Shown here in pieces: positions 26,666 through 35,536 of a stretch of DNA of 35,536 nt. This stretch comes from an uncultured Gammaproteobacteria bacterium. Its GTDB lineage: Bacteria > Patescibacteriota > Patescibacteriia > Magasanikbacterales > UBA922. The position numbers and the translations under genes were made by a program. The DNA is taken from contig CAZCAB010000001.1 of NCBI GenBank assembly GCA_964496615.1, positions 1 to 35,536 on the forward strand, written 5' to 3'. The notes under the pieces are model-generated. The model was not told the DNA's origin. It saw only the letters and a program-made list of their open reading frames with translations, and did not search any database. Positions within the stretch are counted from its first letter, which is position 1; each line of letters starts with the position of its first letter.

Positions 26666-28535
26666 TTAGCTCTCAACTTCTTCTTTCTCTTTTTCCTCTT
26701 TCTTTTGCTCACCTTTCATCACTTGATCAAAGAGTTCTTGCTCAACCGTCTCATGCTCCATGAGTGCATCAACAAGTCGTTGCATTTCAGTCATGTGCTC
26801 ATCGATAACCTTTGTTGCCCTTTCCTTTGCTTCTTCAAGAAGCTCATTGATCTCGGCATCGATAATTTCGGCTGTCTTTTCAGAATAATTCCTCTTATTG
26901 TGAATCTCTTCAGCAAGGAAAATCATTTGCTCATTTTCACCATACAAGCGTGGGCCAAGTTTGTCACTCATAGCATACCGAGTCACCATTGCTGTTGCTG
27001 TCTCAGTTGCTTTTTTCAAATCGCTCGACGGACCTGTGGTAAGAAATTCATTACCGTACTTCTTCTTTTCAATCACATACCCACCAAGCATCATGGCAAG
27101 ATCATCTTTAAACTTCGCGAGTGTTCTATACCGTACGTCTTCTTTTGGCATTGAAAGCGTATATCCACCAGCCATACCACGACCAATGATCGATACCTTT
27201 CTCACAGGGTCACAATGTTCAAGGAAATGCCCGACAATTGCATGTCCTGCTTCGTGCCAAGCGGTCATCTCCCGCTCCTTGTCGCTCATCACGCGCGAAC
27301 GCTTCTCAGGACCGAGGAGCACTTTATCAATACTCTCAAGAATCTCTTCTTCAGTTACCTGCTTTTTCTCTTTACGTACCGTAAGAATCGCTGCCTCGTT
27401 CAAAAGATTCTCTAGATCAGCGCCTGAAAATCCTGGAGTTCGCTCAGCAAGTTTTCGAAGTGACACTCCCTTACCCATCGGCTTGTTCTTCGCATGCACC
27501 TTCAAAATCTCTTCTCTGTCATTGATATCTGGCATATCAATGACCACACGTCTATCAAACCGTCCTGGTCGAAGCAGTGCCCGATCAAGGACGTCTGGTC
27601 TATTTGTTGCTGCCATGACGATCACACCAATGTTTGGATCAAACCCATCCATTTCAACCAAAATCTGGTTAAGGGTCTGCTCTCTTTCATCGTGTGAACC
27701 ACCAAGACCTGCTCCTCGCTTTCGACCAACCGCATCAATCTCATCGATAAAGACAATGGCAGGAGCTGCCTTTTTTTGCTTTGTTGAACAAATCTCGTAC
27801 CCTGCTCGCACCGACACCAACAAACATCTCAACAAATTCAGATCCTGAGATATGAAAGAATGGCACACCTGCTTCACCTGCAACTGCTTTTGCTAGAAGT
27901 GTCTTACCTGTCCCGGGGGATCCCATCAAAAGTACCCCACGAGGAATCTTGGCTCCCATGTCAGTGAATTTCTTTGGATCTTTAAGAAAATCAACTATTT
28001 CCTCAAGCTCGTCCTTCGCCTCTTTAGCTCCCGCAACATTGGTAAAGGTAATCTTATTCTTATCATCCGGCTTTGCTTGTTTTGCACCGCTCTGTCCAAA
28101 GCCCATTGCACGGTTATTCATACCCTGCACTTGTCTGGTCATGAGCCACATCAGACCAAGAATAAGGAACAGTGGGAATAGATACGGAGCAACGGCAGCT
28201 ATCCACACTTGTGGTCCTGTCTCGTCTTTTACCTGTACATCAATTGCCTGAAGTTTTTCAGCATCAACCTTGTAATCAGTCATGAGTTCGCTGAACGACT
28301 GCCCAAGCTCTTTTTTGAGCTGCTGCGTATTTGCCTCTTCATCAAGAAGAGTAACGGTTACGGTATCATTGATAACCTCAATACTCTTTACTTTTCCTTC
28401 GTTGATTTCCTGTACCAGTGTATTTACGCCGATATCATCCGGTTTTTCAGCATTAAAATCTGAAAAACTCATAACACCCGCAATGAGAAAGAGTGTCACA
28501 ATGATGAGTCCAATATTTTTTGCTAAGTTTTTCAT
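26666..28535 (-). CDS. ftsH: ATP-dependent zinc metalloprotease FtsH, split into two track ORFs by a 1-nt frameshift in an A7 run (27771-27777)
   Basis: N-terminal ORF: TM segments and Walker A GSPGTGKT...[11 protein letters not shown]-terminal ORF: [15 protein letters not shown] (Walker B), the SRH region and [10 protein letters not shown]. The total span is 1870 nt, which is 3n+1. Deleting one A gives [18 protein letters not shown]. Confidence 0.9.
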
Positions 28536-28553
28536 GCGTACTCCTCTATACTA

Positions 28554-29765
28554 TTAAGCGACCACCTCTTCAGAATCCTCTGAAGTTTGTGGTTGATTAC
28601 TTTCTTCAGGTTTTTCTTCTGCGACTGGAACTTCTACCTCTGTCTCTGCAGGAGTTTCCTTACTTTTTCCAGCATTACTCCCTACTAATTTCAAACCGAG
28701 GCGATGTTCAGCAGGCTCCATAGAAATAATCTCAAATGCATGCTTTTCTCCAATCTTGAATGCTGAAAGAAAATCTCGTGGATCGCTCAGACGCTTTCCG
28801 GTCAAATCCGAAATGTGCGCAAGTCCATGAATATCATCATCGAGCTTAACCATGAGACCAAATGCCTCTATCTTATGAATCTCACCTTCAAGTTTTTGTC
28901 CAACACTGTATTTATCTTTCACATGCTTCCATGGATCTTCAACCAAACGCTTGAGGGAAAGATAAATTTTTGATTTGTTCAAATCAATAATCTGCGCCTT
29001 TACACTATCACCCACTTTCAAAACATCTCGTGGATGATCAATTCTCTGCCAGACGATCTCTGAAATGTGTGCCAGCCCTTCAAGTCCCTCGCCAAATTTC
29101 ACGAATGCTCCAAAACCGGTGAGCGCAGCAACTTCTCCTTCAATCGTGTCTCCAATCTTGTACTGATCAAGGACAGCTTTTTGTTCGTCTTCCCACAGTG
29201 CTTTTTCTGATAGGATGAGCTTTTCCGTATCTTTAGTTGCATCAAGGACGGTAACACGCAAATTTTTTCCAATAAAGCCTCGTAAATGCTCTAAAATTCT
29301 ATTTTTATCTCCGCCTGGGACGCGTGGATAGTTATCAGGTGACAGCTGAGACACTGGCAAAAAGCCGTGAAGTCCGTCGACCTTCATAAGAAGTCCACCT
29401 TTATTGGCTTGAAGTACTTTCGCTTCAATCGGGGATGCTTCATCTCTAATCTTCTCCATTCGCTTCCACACGATCTCATGACCGGCAACACGAAAAGAGA
29501 GTTCCATTTCCCCACTCTCATTTTCAAGCTCAATCACGGTTGCTTCAACATCATCATCGACGTTTACATCTGAAAATTCTTTTGATTCTGAAAAAAGTTC
29601 AGGACCACGAACAACACCAACAACAAGACCGTTAACATCGATTCGTACCTCCCCTTTATCAATTGATATAATCCTCCCCTTAATTAAATCACCGACCTCA
29701 GGCATCTGCGCAAAATAATCTGATAAAAGCGCACCAAAGTCGGTTTTCGTGGCAGTATCTGCCAT
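28554..29765 (-). CDS. rpsA: 30S ribosomal protein S1
   Basis: Repeated S1 domains (GDLIKGRIISIDKGEV..., GDTIEGEVAALTGFGAFV, GDSVKAQIIDL, GQKLEGEIHKIEAFGLMV). Start placed at ATG 29765 (MADTATK). Confidence 0.9.
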   Translation of the reverse strand: MADTATKTDFGALLSDYFAQMPEVGDLIKGRIISIDKGEVRIDVNGLVVGVVRGPELFSESKEFSDVNVDDDVEATVIELENESGEMELSFRVAGHEIVWKRMEKIRDEASPIEAKVLQANKGGLLMKVDGLHGFLPVSQLSPDNYPRVPGGDKNRILEHLRGFIGKNLRVTVLDATKDTEKLILSEKALWEDEQKAVLDQYKIGDTIEGEVAALTGFGAFVKFGEGLEGLAHISEIVWQRIDHPRDVLKVGDSVKAQIIDLNKSKIYLSLKRLVEDPWKHVKDKYSVGQKLEGEIHKIEAFGLMVKLDDDIHGLAHISDLTGKRLSDPRDFLSAFKIGEKHAFEIISMEPAEHRLGLKLVGSNAGKSKETPAETEVEVPVAEEKPEESNQPQTSEDSEEVVA

Positions 29766-29832
29766 ATGCATCCATTGTTTAACCCGAAAATCCGAGTGAC
29801 CCCTCAAATGAGGCCTAATTTAGTGGAGCTAT

Positions 29833-29861
29833 ACTATATATACATTTCTCCTATTTGTCAA
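29833..29861 (-). promoter_or_regulatory. rpsA promoter P2
   Basis: TTGACA-N17-TATAGT. A second candidate, P1, is TTGACA-N17-TATCGT at 29897-29925. Confidence 0.6.
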
Positions 29862-29903
29862 GCGTGTCTCCTTCACACTATATGTGACAGCACTGCACGA
29901 TAC

Positions 29904-29932
29904 CAAAAAGGAAAGGTGTTGTCAACCCTTCC
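29904..29932 (-). terminator. Terminator of the 1574-aa gene, overlapping rpsA P1
   Basis: GGAAGGG-ttgacaaca-CCTTTCC followed by TTTTTGG on the minus strand. Confidence 0.5.
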
Positions 29933-29963
29933 CTACATAAAATCAAAATGTCCTGTAAAAAAA

Positions 29964-32900
29964 TCACGGTGAATACGCAAATGCCTCTGCTACAGAGCTA
30001 AATCCAGCGCTTTTTGCCAGATCGTGCAATCCATTAATATTTTTGATCATCAATGTTATCTTAAGCGGAGCCTTCAAACCATATTTTTTCAGAACTACCA
30101 TGACGTGTGACAGTGCGATCATGTCCTGCTGCGCAACAAGAGCCGCAAGCTCTTTGTCTATATTCGCACGCCTCTTTTTTGGAATATCAGTAAGATCATT
30201 TACCGCGATCACATAATCAACAAATGCATTGATCCTCTGCCCTACATCTTGCAGCGCAAATAACTGCGCGATCATCGCTCTATCGCGTGCATCAAGTTCG
30301 ATATAGTTATTCCTGTCGATTATAGCAACGCGTTTCTCGCCACCCTCTTGAGACACCATGAAATTACCAGGGTGCACATCAGCATGAACCAAACTTACCT
30401 CCCGCTTCTTTTTACCACTGCCGAGCTTCAAGGGATGCATAATTTGATAGCTATAATTCTTCGTTATCAATGAAACAATTTCTTTAAGATCATGATCCTC
30501 AAGCTCCTCTGGCCGCACGAGTGTCTGCCCATCAACAAACTCTTCAACTTTCACATATGTATTGTCACTACCATCTCCTTCTATCATTGTTGATTGAGGA
30601 ACATACATGGTATATTCATGGCCTGCAGCGGTAAATCCGTGATTTACCTCTTTGAAAGCAGGATCAGTCTCATGGAATCGATCATATTTGATATCCTCAA
30701 TAACCCAAGCCTCAATCTCGTCTATCGCAGCTCGAGCTGGCGCGTAGCGCTCCGACCGCGTCTCAACAAGTATTTCAAACGTGCGTTTGAGCATGCGCAC
30801 CACCTCAGTGACATACATCTCGGCATTGGGATTAAGAACTTTCACAACGCGCTTGGAACCATCTTTCATATCACACAGATATGTAGACATCAGAGAACCA
30901 CCTCCGATTCGACCGACCATACGCTCAATGTATTCAGGTGCATCCTGCCATTCACGTTTGAGTGTGTTTGATGCGGTAAGCTTTGATTGACCCTTTACAC
31001 TATCATACGCATCACGAAACATGTTCTGCAGCCTTTGAGGAACATCAACATACTGACCTATCACCTGCAAAAACCGAATACCCACTGCCCCAAGACTTTC
31101 AGCAAGTTTAACTACGAACTCCTCAGTAGCCATTTTCTTTTGATCAATAGTTTCTAGTGGGTCTAACTGATTTTCAAGTTTGCGGCGCTGATGCACATAC
31201 TTAAGATTGAAACTAAAACTAGAATCTTCCACGCCATCCTCCGTTACTAACACCCGAGGACCAGCTCCTGACATTTGTTGTTCCATATTCTTGTACTCCC
31301 TAACCATCTTATCAAGATTTTTCTCGTCCTCTTCCCGTCTTTTGCGCTCCTCCTCTATCTCATCATCAGAGATTCCATCAGTCCAAGAATAATTATATAA
31401 ATCAAAACCATAATAATCATTAAACACCTGTCGCCATGGGGTTGGCTCTGATGGCGGTCTCAAGATTCTACTATGTATAAGCGGAGCGAGACCAAAAAAC
31501 AACATGTCCTCATCTACCTCACTGATTGCGACCTTCAGCACTTCCTTCATAACATCTTGCAGACTGCGACGATCTGAAGTTCGGCCATCCGAAACAAACT
31601 CACCAAGCATGTACTTAAGCAGCCATTTCCGACGCGCCTCAGTACGAAGAAGGCCCTTTTCACCAATCAAAAGCTCTCGAACGATCGCAAAACGCATCAT
31701 ATCGTTAATACCGAAAAGCGACCGAGTCCGTTGATCAGCCACATACGCTGCATCAGGTGCGTTGTCATAATCGTCACCCGCGTATACGCCGCGAGAAAAA
31801 AAATAGCTTTTCAAACCAGCGTCATCCCCACTCGCATTCATACATAGCTTAAACATTTCTTTCATATCCATTTTCTTCCCGAATTGCTCCATAAGGGCGA
31901 GCGCTCCCATCTTCGTAGGTTCTACCATTGATTCAAATTGATCAAGAAGCACATCCTCCACTCTTGAAAGCTCTTCAAATGATTGTGCATCACGTTCAAT
32001 AAACAATTCTCGCTGTTCTTTATTAAGCGTTGCCTTTGCTGCTGGATTGAGAAAAAAAGCATGCAACCTGTCTTCAAATGTGCCGGCTGACGCTTGTCTA
32101 CTTAAAATACCAGCCTGAAGTCGTGATCTGAAGCCTTGATCTTCATGTATTACTGCAACATACATGAGCAGCTCTCGATCCTGAGGATCATCCAAATCAA
32201 AATCATATGCTTCAATTATCTCCCGAGCAAGTCGATGAGAGCGTAAATTATCTACATACCTAAACCAATAATCTGCCATTTGCCTAAGTTTTTGGCTGAC
32301 AAATTCCTTTGGTGGAGATTGCTCCTTTTTCTTATTGGATGGATCATTCTTATATTCCCACATTGCATACATGAAATTATCACAATACATTTCCCACATC
32401 GTCTTGACGGTTTCGCTATCCGAGTGTAGGGGACTGTTGCCCAAAAGTTTGTTTGGTCTAAAACTCACAACATCTAGACCTTTAAGCCGCTCATGTTCAC
32501 CAGTGATAATCTGCGCAGCCTCAAACAAGTAGTTAAGACGCTCATCCATACTCGGATTCTTTTCATCATGTTCGAATGGATCATAGGTAATCTCACCAAC
32601 AGTATATATAAGAGAAATATGGTGAGTATACATTCGATATAGTTCGGGACGAGATCTGAGCATGATAAGCAACTCCCTGTCTCTATCCACACTCGATTCT
32701 GGAAGAAAATCCACCCCATCTATGATCAGATCAAGTATCCAATTGTTTACCATGGCCTCATAACTGTGCTCTGTCAAACCTACGCCATCTGATTCTTCAG
32801 CCACATGCTCTTCCAGCCATATAAAAAACGCTTCAAGCTTTTGAATTGAATCAACCTCAAACATCTTTAAGACGTATGCGAGTTCATAATCTTCAGGCTC

Positions 32901-34688
32901 ATCATCAAGATTCATTGCAAGTCTTTCATCGATACGCTTATAGGATCTTTTTTCCGCTTCCCTTCTCTCCTCAAAATTTTCAAGATCTTTAATTTCCTCT
33001 CTTAGAATTTTTTTCTCCTCTCTTTCAATTTCTTCCTTTTTTTCCCTCCATGCATCTTTTTTTATCTTAAGCTCGGATAATTGTTCATAAAAGACAGACC
33101 ATTTTTTCGCAAATTGATCATCGCGAGCTATGATATCCGTCAACCCCTCTTTCTCTTCATCATCGAGCTCAATATACGGAAGCTCGGCAATTGTATCCAT
33201 TGCTTGTCTGACACCGAATTTTATCCCTTCGTCTGCAAGTCGCTCGATGAGATCCATGAGCGGTTTGCGCGATTCTTCCAAATCAAGATTGAGGATAGCT
33301 TCGTTCATTATCGCGCCGGTTAAATCCTCTAACTTGATCGGTAAAAAACCACGTCGCCTTGATAGCTCACCAAAATGTGTTGAGATAAATTTTACGAAAT
33401 CAATATATTCCCTAGCATCAAAACCTTCATCTCCTTCAAAAAGTTTGTTTTCATTGGCTGCAGCTAGTATCACTTGAACATACTCACCCGAATCAGTAAA
33501 AGCAGGAATAACAATCCCCAGCTTTTCAAAGACCTCAGGCGTGAGAAGTGCTACCCCACTCTTAAGTGTATCGATACTGTCGATGTCGACAAGAGTTTCG
33601 GTGTATTTCTCAAGCACCGTACCAGCAGCATCGTTTGTGCGTACCCCGACACACACTTCCAGTATGCTATGAGTTAAAAACGCGTGATCCTCAGGGCTCA
33701 GCGTAGGCAATGCCTCAACCACTTTACCCGATATTACTAAGCCAAGATTCTTGTAAAAATAGTCGTACTGTTCATCTTCATATGAATACACACTTTCTTC
33801 AGTTCTGTCAGCCAAATCCTTATGCACTTTACGAGCAGCCAACACTATTTCTGAAAGCTGCGCACGCTTCACGAGATCTCGCACATCTTTCTTTTGAGAT
33901 ACAGAGGGAATCTTGTCATACAACCATTTTTCGGTTGATCCTCCAGCAAACTCGCTTACCTTTTGTGGAAATGACTCTTGCTCATGCACGTTACTACGAT
34001 AATCAACAAGCTTGCCGACACTCCCAATGTTCACCATGCGAGCTAAATTTGATCCATGCGCTACATCATGGCTCGATAGTCCTTTTTTCTCAGCATAATC
34101 GTCAAGTTTAACAAAGACGTTTCGTGCAGCGACAGGATTAACTCCATTGTCAGTCGCGTGCAAAAGACCACGGATATCTGCCTCATATTCGCTAAACCGC
34201 TGCATACCCATGAGCCTCACCCTACCCCATGCTCTGTCCGCCAAACTCTGATATTTAACACATGCTTCCCGTATCGCGCCATCTATCTCTTGGACATGAC
34301 CTTGCTTGTAGTGTATCGCCTCGTGCGCGAGCACAAAATCAAGTTCATCTTGTGTTTCAAGGAGCTGTAAAAGTCCTTTTGTGACAACAATGGCACCATT
34401 TGCCATGCTCAGAGCATTCGGCTCATCTTCGTTAGAGGCAACCTTGGCACGAAGCGGTAAATCTGGGAAAAATGCATCAAGGCGAGATTGTATATATACG
34501 GTTATTGGATGCTCTTCTGGTAAAAAACCATATTCAACATCAAGTATTTGCTCAAGAACATCTGATTGGAAGATAATAGATTCGTCGAAACGCTCCTTAT
34601 GCATTTCAAATCGCTCCTTTTCCTCTGTCGAAGTAGTATCTTTTTTAGCAGCCATCGTAGCTGCAATACCAGGCCGTCTTTCTCCCAT
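29964..34688 (-). CDS. Giant 1574-aa protein with an N-terminal M48-like zinc metallopeptidase, a long helical/coiled-coil middle and a C-terminal ABC1/UbiB-like atypical kinase domain
   Basis: HEAIH at 34311-34325, with the downstream SEYEAD third-ligand motif. Glu/Lys-rich coiled-coil EKKILREEIKDLENFEERREAEKR. Kinase-like VVKVLNP, HADVHPGN (30363-30386) and AIIDRNNY. Confidence 0.8.
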   Translation of the reverse strand: MGERRPGIAATMAAKKDTTSTEEKERFEMHKERFDESIIFQSDVLEQILDVEYGFLPEEHPITVYIQSRLDAFFPDLPLRAKVASNEDEPNALSMANGAIVVTKGLLQLLETQDELDFVLAHEAIHYKQGHVQEIDGAIREACVKYQSLADRAWGRVRLMGMQRFSEYEADIRGLLHATDNGVNPVAARNVFVKLDDYAEKKGLSSHDVAHGSNLARMVNIGSVGKLVDYRSNVHEQESFPQKVSEFAGGSTEKWLYDKIPSVSQKKDVRDLVKRAQLSEIVLAARKVHKDLADRTEESVYSYEDEQYDYFYKNLGLVISGKVVEALPTLSPEDHAFLTHSILEVCVGVRTNDAAGTVLEKYTETLVDIDSIDTLKSGVALLTPEVFEKLGIVIPAFTDSGEYVQVILAAANENKLFEGDEGFDAREYIDFVKFISTHFGELSRRRGFLPIKLEDLTGAIMNEAILNLDLEESRKPLMDLIERLADEGIKFGVRQAMDTIAELPYIELDDEEKEGLTDIIARDDQFAKKWSVFYEQLSELKIKKDAWREKKEEIEREEKKILREEIKDLENFEERREAEKRSYKRIDERLAMNLDDEPEDYELAYVLKMFEVDSIQKLEAFFIWLEEHVAEESDGVGLTEHSYEAMVNNWILDLIIDGVDFLPESSVDRDRELLIMLRSRPELYRMYTHHISLIYTVGEITYDPFEHDEKNPSMDERLNYLFEAAQIITGEHERLKGLDVVSFRPNKLLGNSPLHSDSETVKTMWEMYCDNFMYAMWEYKNDPSNKKKEQSPPKEFVSQKLRQMADYWFRYVDNLRSHRLAREIIEAYDFDLDDPQDRELLMYVAVIHEDQGFRSRLQAGILSRQASAGTFEDRLHAFFLNPAAKATLNKEQRELFIERDAQSFEELSRVEDVLLDQFESMVEPTKMGALALMEQFGKKMDMKEMFKLCMNASGDDAGLKSYFFSRGVYAGDDYDNAPDAAYVADQRTRSLFGINDMMRFAIVRELLIGEKGLLRTEARRKWLLKYMLGEFVSDGRTSDRRSLQDVMKEVLKVAISEVDEDMLFFGLAPLIHSRILRPPSEPTPWRQVFNDYYGFDLYNYSWTDGISDDEIEEERKRREEDEKNLDKMVREYKNMEQQMSGAGPRVLVTEDGVEDSSFSFNLKYVHQRRKLENQLDPLETIDQKKMATEEFVVKLAESLGAVGIRFLQVIGQYVDVPQRLQNMFRDAYDSVKGQSKLTASNTLKREWQDAPEYIERMVGRIGGGSLMSTYLCDMKDGSKRVVKVLNPNAEMYVTEVVRMLKRTFEILVETRSERYAPARAAIDEIEAWVIEDIKYDRFHETDPAFKEVNHGFTAAGHEYTMYVPQSTMIEGDGSDNTYVKVEEFVDGQTLVRPEELEDHDLKEIVSLITKNYSYQIMHPLKLGSGKKKREVSLVHADVHPGNFMVSQEGGEKRVAIIDRNNYIELDARDRAMIAQLFALQDVGQRINAFVDYVIAVNDLTDIPKKRRANIDKELAALVAQQDMIALSHVMVVLKKYGLKAPLKITLMIKNINGLHDLAKSAGFSSVAEAFAYSP

Positions 34689-34827
34689 ATATACTCTGTA
34701 TGTTACTATAATGTACCACGTATCATATCAGCTAAAAAAAGCAAAGTAAACAAAAAACGGGCACATCCATATCCCTTGTCAAATACCCCAAAATCAGGTA
34801 TACTAGATCCGCTAAAAGAACCAAATT

Positions 34828-35448
34828 ATGCATATTTCATGGCTCGGAACGAGCACACTCAAAATACAAACCAAGCACGAAGGAAAGGATGTAACGCTCG
34901 TCATTGACCCGTATAAACCGAAAAAAGGGGCATTCCCAAGGAGTCTCACACCACAAATTGCGCTGTTTACCCGATCTGAAAAAGACTCGGTTACCTTGTC
35001 AGGAAATCCGTTCATACTGTCCACTGCAGGAGAGTGCGATGTACAAGGAGTTCTTGTCACCGCAGTTGAAGGGCATGATCCTGACACAACCATGCTCAGA
35101 CTTGATCTTGAAGACATGTCCTTGGGCCATCTTGGTCTGTCACATACCCCTCTCAATGAAAAACAGCTCGAAGTACTCAGTGGTGTCGATATACTCTGCA
35201 TTGGCGTGGGTGGGAAAAACGTCCCCACATATTACCCCCATGAAGCGGTAAAAGTGATTAATGACGTGGAGCCGCGGATCATTATCCCGTATGCGTTTAA
35301 AAGTGATAATAGCGCAGATGCAAAACCAGTTGCTGATTTTCTCAAAGAGATGAGTATGCCTGCTGAAAAACCAGAAACGAAAGTGATTATCAAAAAGAAA
35401 GATCTTCCAACCGAACACACACAAGTTATCGTGCTCTCAAAAGAGTAA
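34828..35448 (+). CDS. MBL-fold (UPF0173-like) protein with a degenerate metal-binding motif
   Basis: MHISWLGTSTLKIQ...DVTLVIDPY resembles the N-terminus of metal-dependent hydrolases, but the expected HxHxDH position reads FTRSEKDS. Confidence 0.5.
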   Translation: MHISWLGTSTLKIQTKHEGKDVTLVIDPYKPKKGAFPRSLTPQIALFTRSEKDSVTLSGNPFILSTAGECDVQGVLVTAVEGHDPDTTMLRLDLEDMSLGHLGLSHTPLNEKQLEVLSGVDILCIGVGGKNVPTYYPHEAVKVINDVEPRIIIPYAFKSDNSADAKPVADFLKEMSMPAEKPETKVIIKKKDLPTEHTQVIVLSKE

Positions 35449-35454
35449 AGGAGT

Positions 35455-35536
35455 ATGCCTGTTAAAAAAATAGACAAGAAAAAAAGTCTAAAAAAGAAAG
35501 CTCCGAAAAAAAAGGTGGCTGCTAAGAATACGAGAA
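35455..35536 (+). CDS. Start of a Lys-rich ORF (MPVKKIDKKKSLKKKAPKKKVAAKNTR...) running off the window
   Basis: ATG at 35455, open to the window end. Only 27 codons are visible, so no identification is possible. Confidence 0.3.
   Translation, partial: MPVKKIDKKKSLKKKAPKKKVAAKNTR

Noticed and set aside
27768-27780. dnaX-like programmed -1 frameshift at A AAA AAA G in ftsH
   Set aside because: Restoring the FtsH frame needs a +1 (or -2) shift, not -1. A single extra A in a homopolymer is the simpler explanation.
26576-27848. Plus-strand ORFs 26576..27154 and 26961..27848 antisense to ftsH
   Set aside because: Shadow ORFs of a conserved minus-strand gene with implausible composition.

Overview
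AT-rich (by eye about 40% GC), compact stretch of a small bacterial genome, transcribed almost entirely on the minus strand. Truncated ThrRS, short YidC, PilB-type ATPase, C39-like peptidase, Wzy_C-like membrane protein, a 1574-aa multidomain ORF and several disordered orphan proteins suggest a Patescibacteria/CPR-like organism; this is inference only. The standard genetic code applies: RF2 is present and TGA, TAA and TAG all end genes here. Recognisable genes are uvrD/pcrA (partial, missing from the ORF track), rlmH, mltG, a sugar-phosphate nucleotidyltransferase, a PAP2 phosphatase, prfB, groES-groEL behind a CIRCE-like operator, yidC, miaA (one in-frame TAG), miaB, thrS behind a T-box-like leader, pilB, ftsH (1-nt frameshift in an A7 run) and rpsA. 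No tRNA, rRNA, CRISPR array or transposase was seen. The unusual content is three small autonomous cassettes with elevated GC, a long 5' leader and a strong Shine-Dalgarno site, set between housekeeping operons at about 1962-3150, 14043-14517 and 26205-26655. The first also carries a roughly 470-nt GC-rich, hairpin-dense transcription unit with a near-consensus promoter and strong terminator but no coding signature, so it is a candidate large ncRNA of unknown class. A separate roughly 127-nt promoter-to-terminator sRNA candidate lies upstream of groES. Native first-in-operon genes mostly lack SD sites, and seven have an ATG 6-9 nt after a -10 box, which suggests leaderless mRNAs. All functional calls rest on motifs read by eye; no database search was possible.
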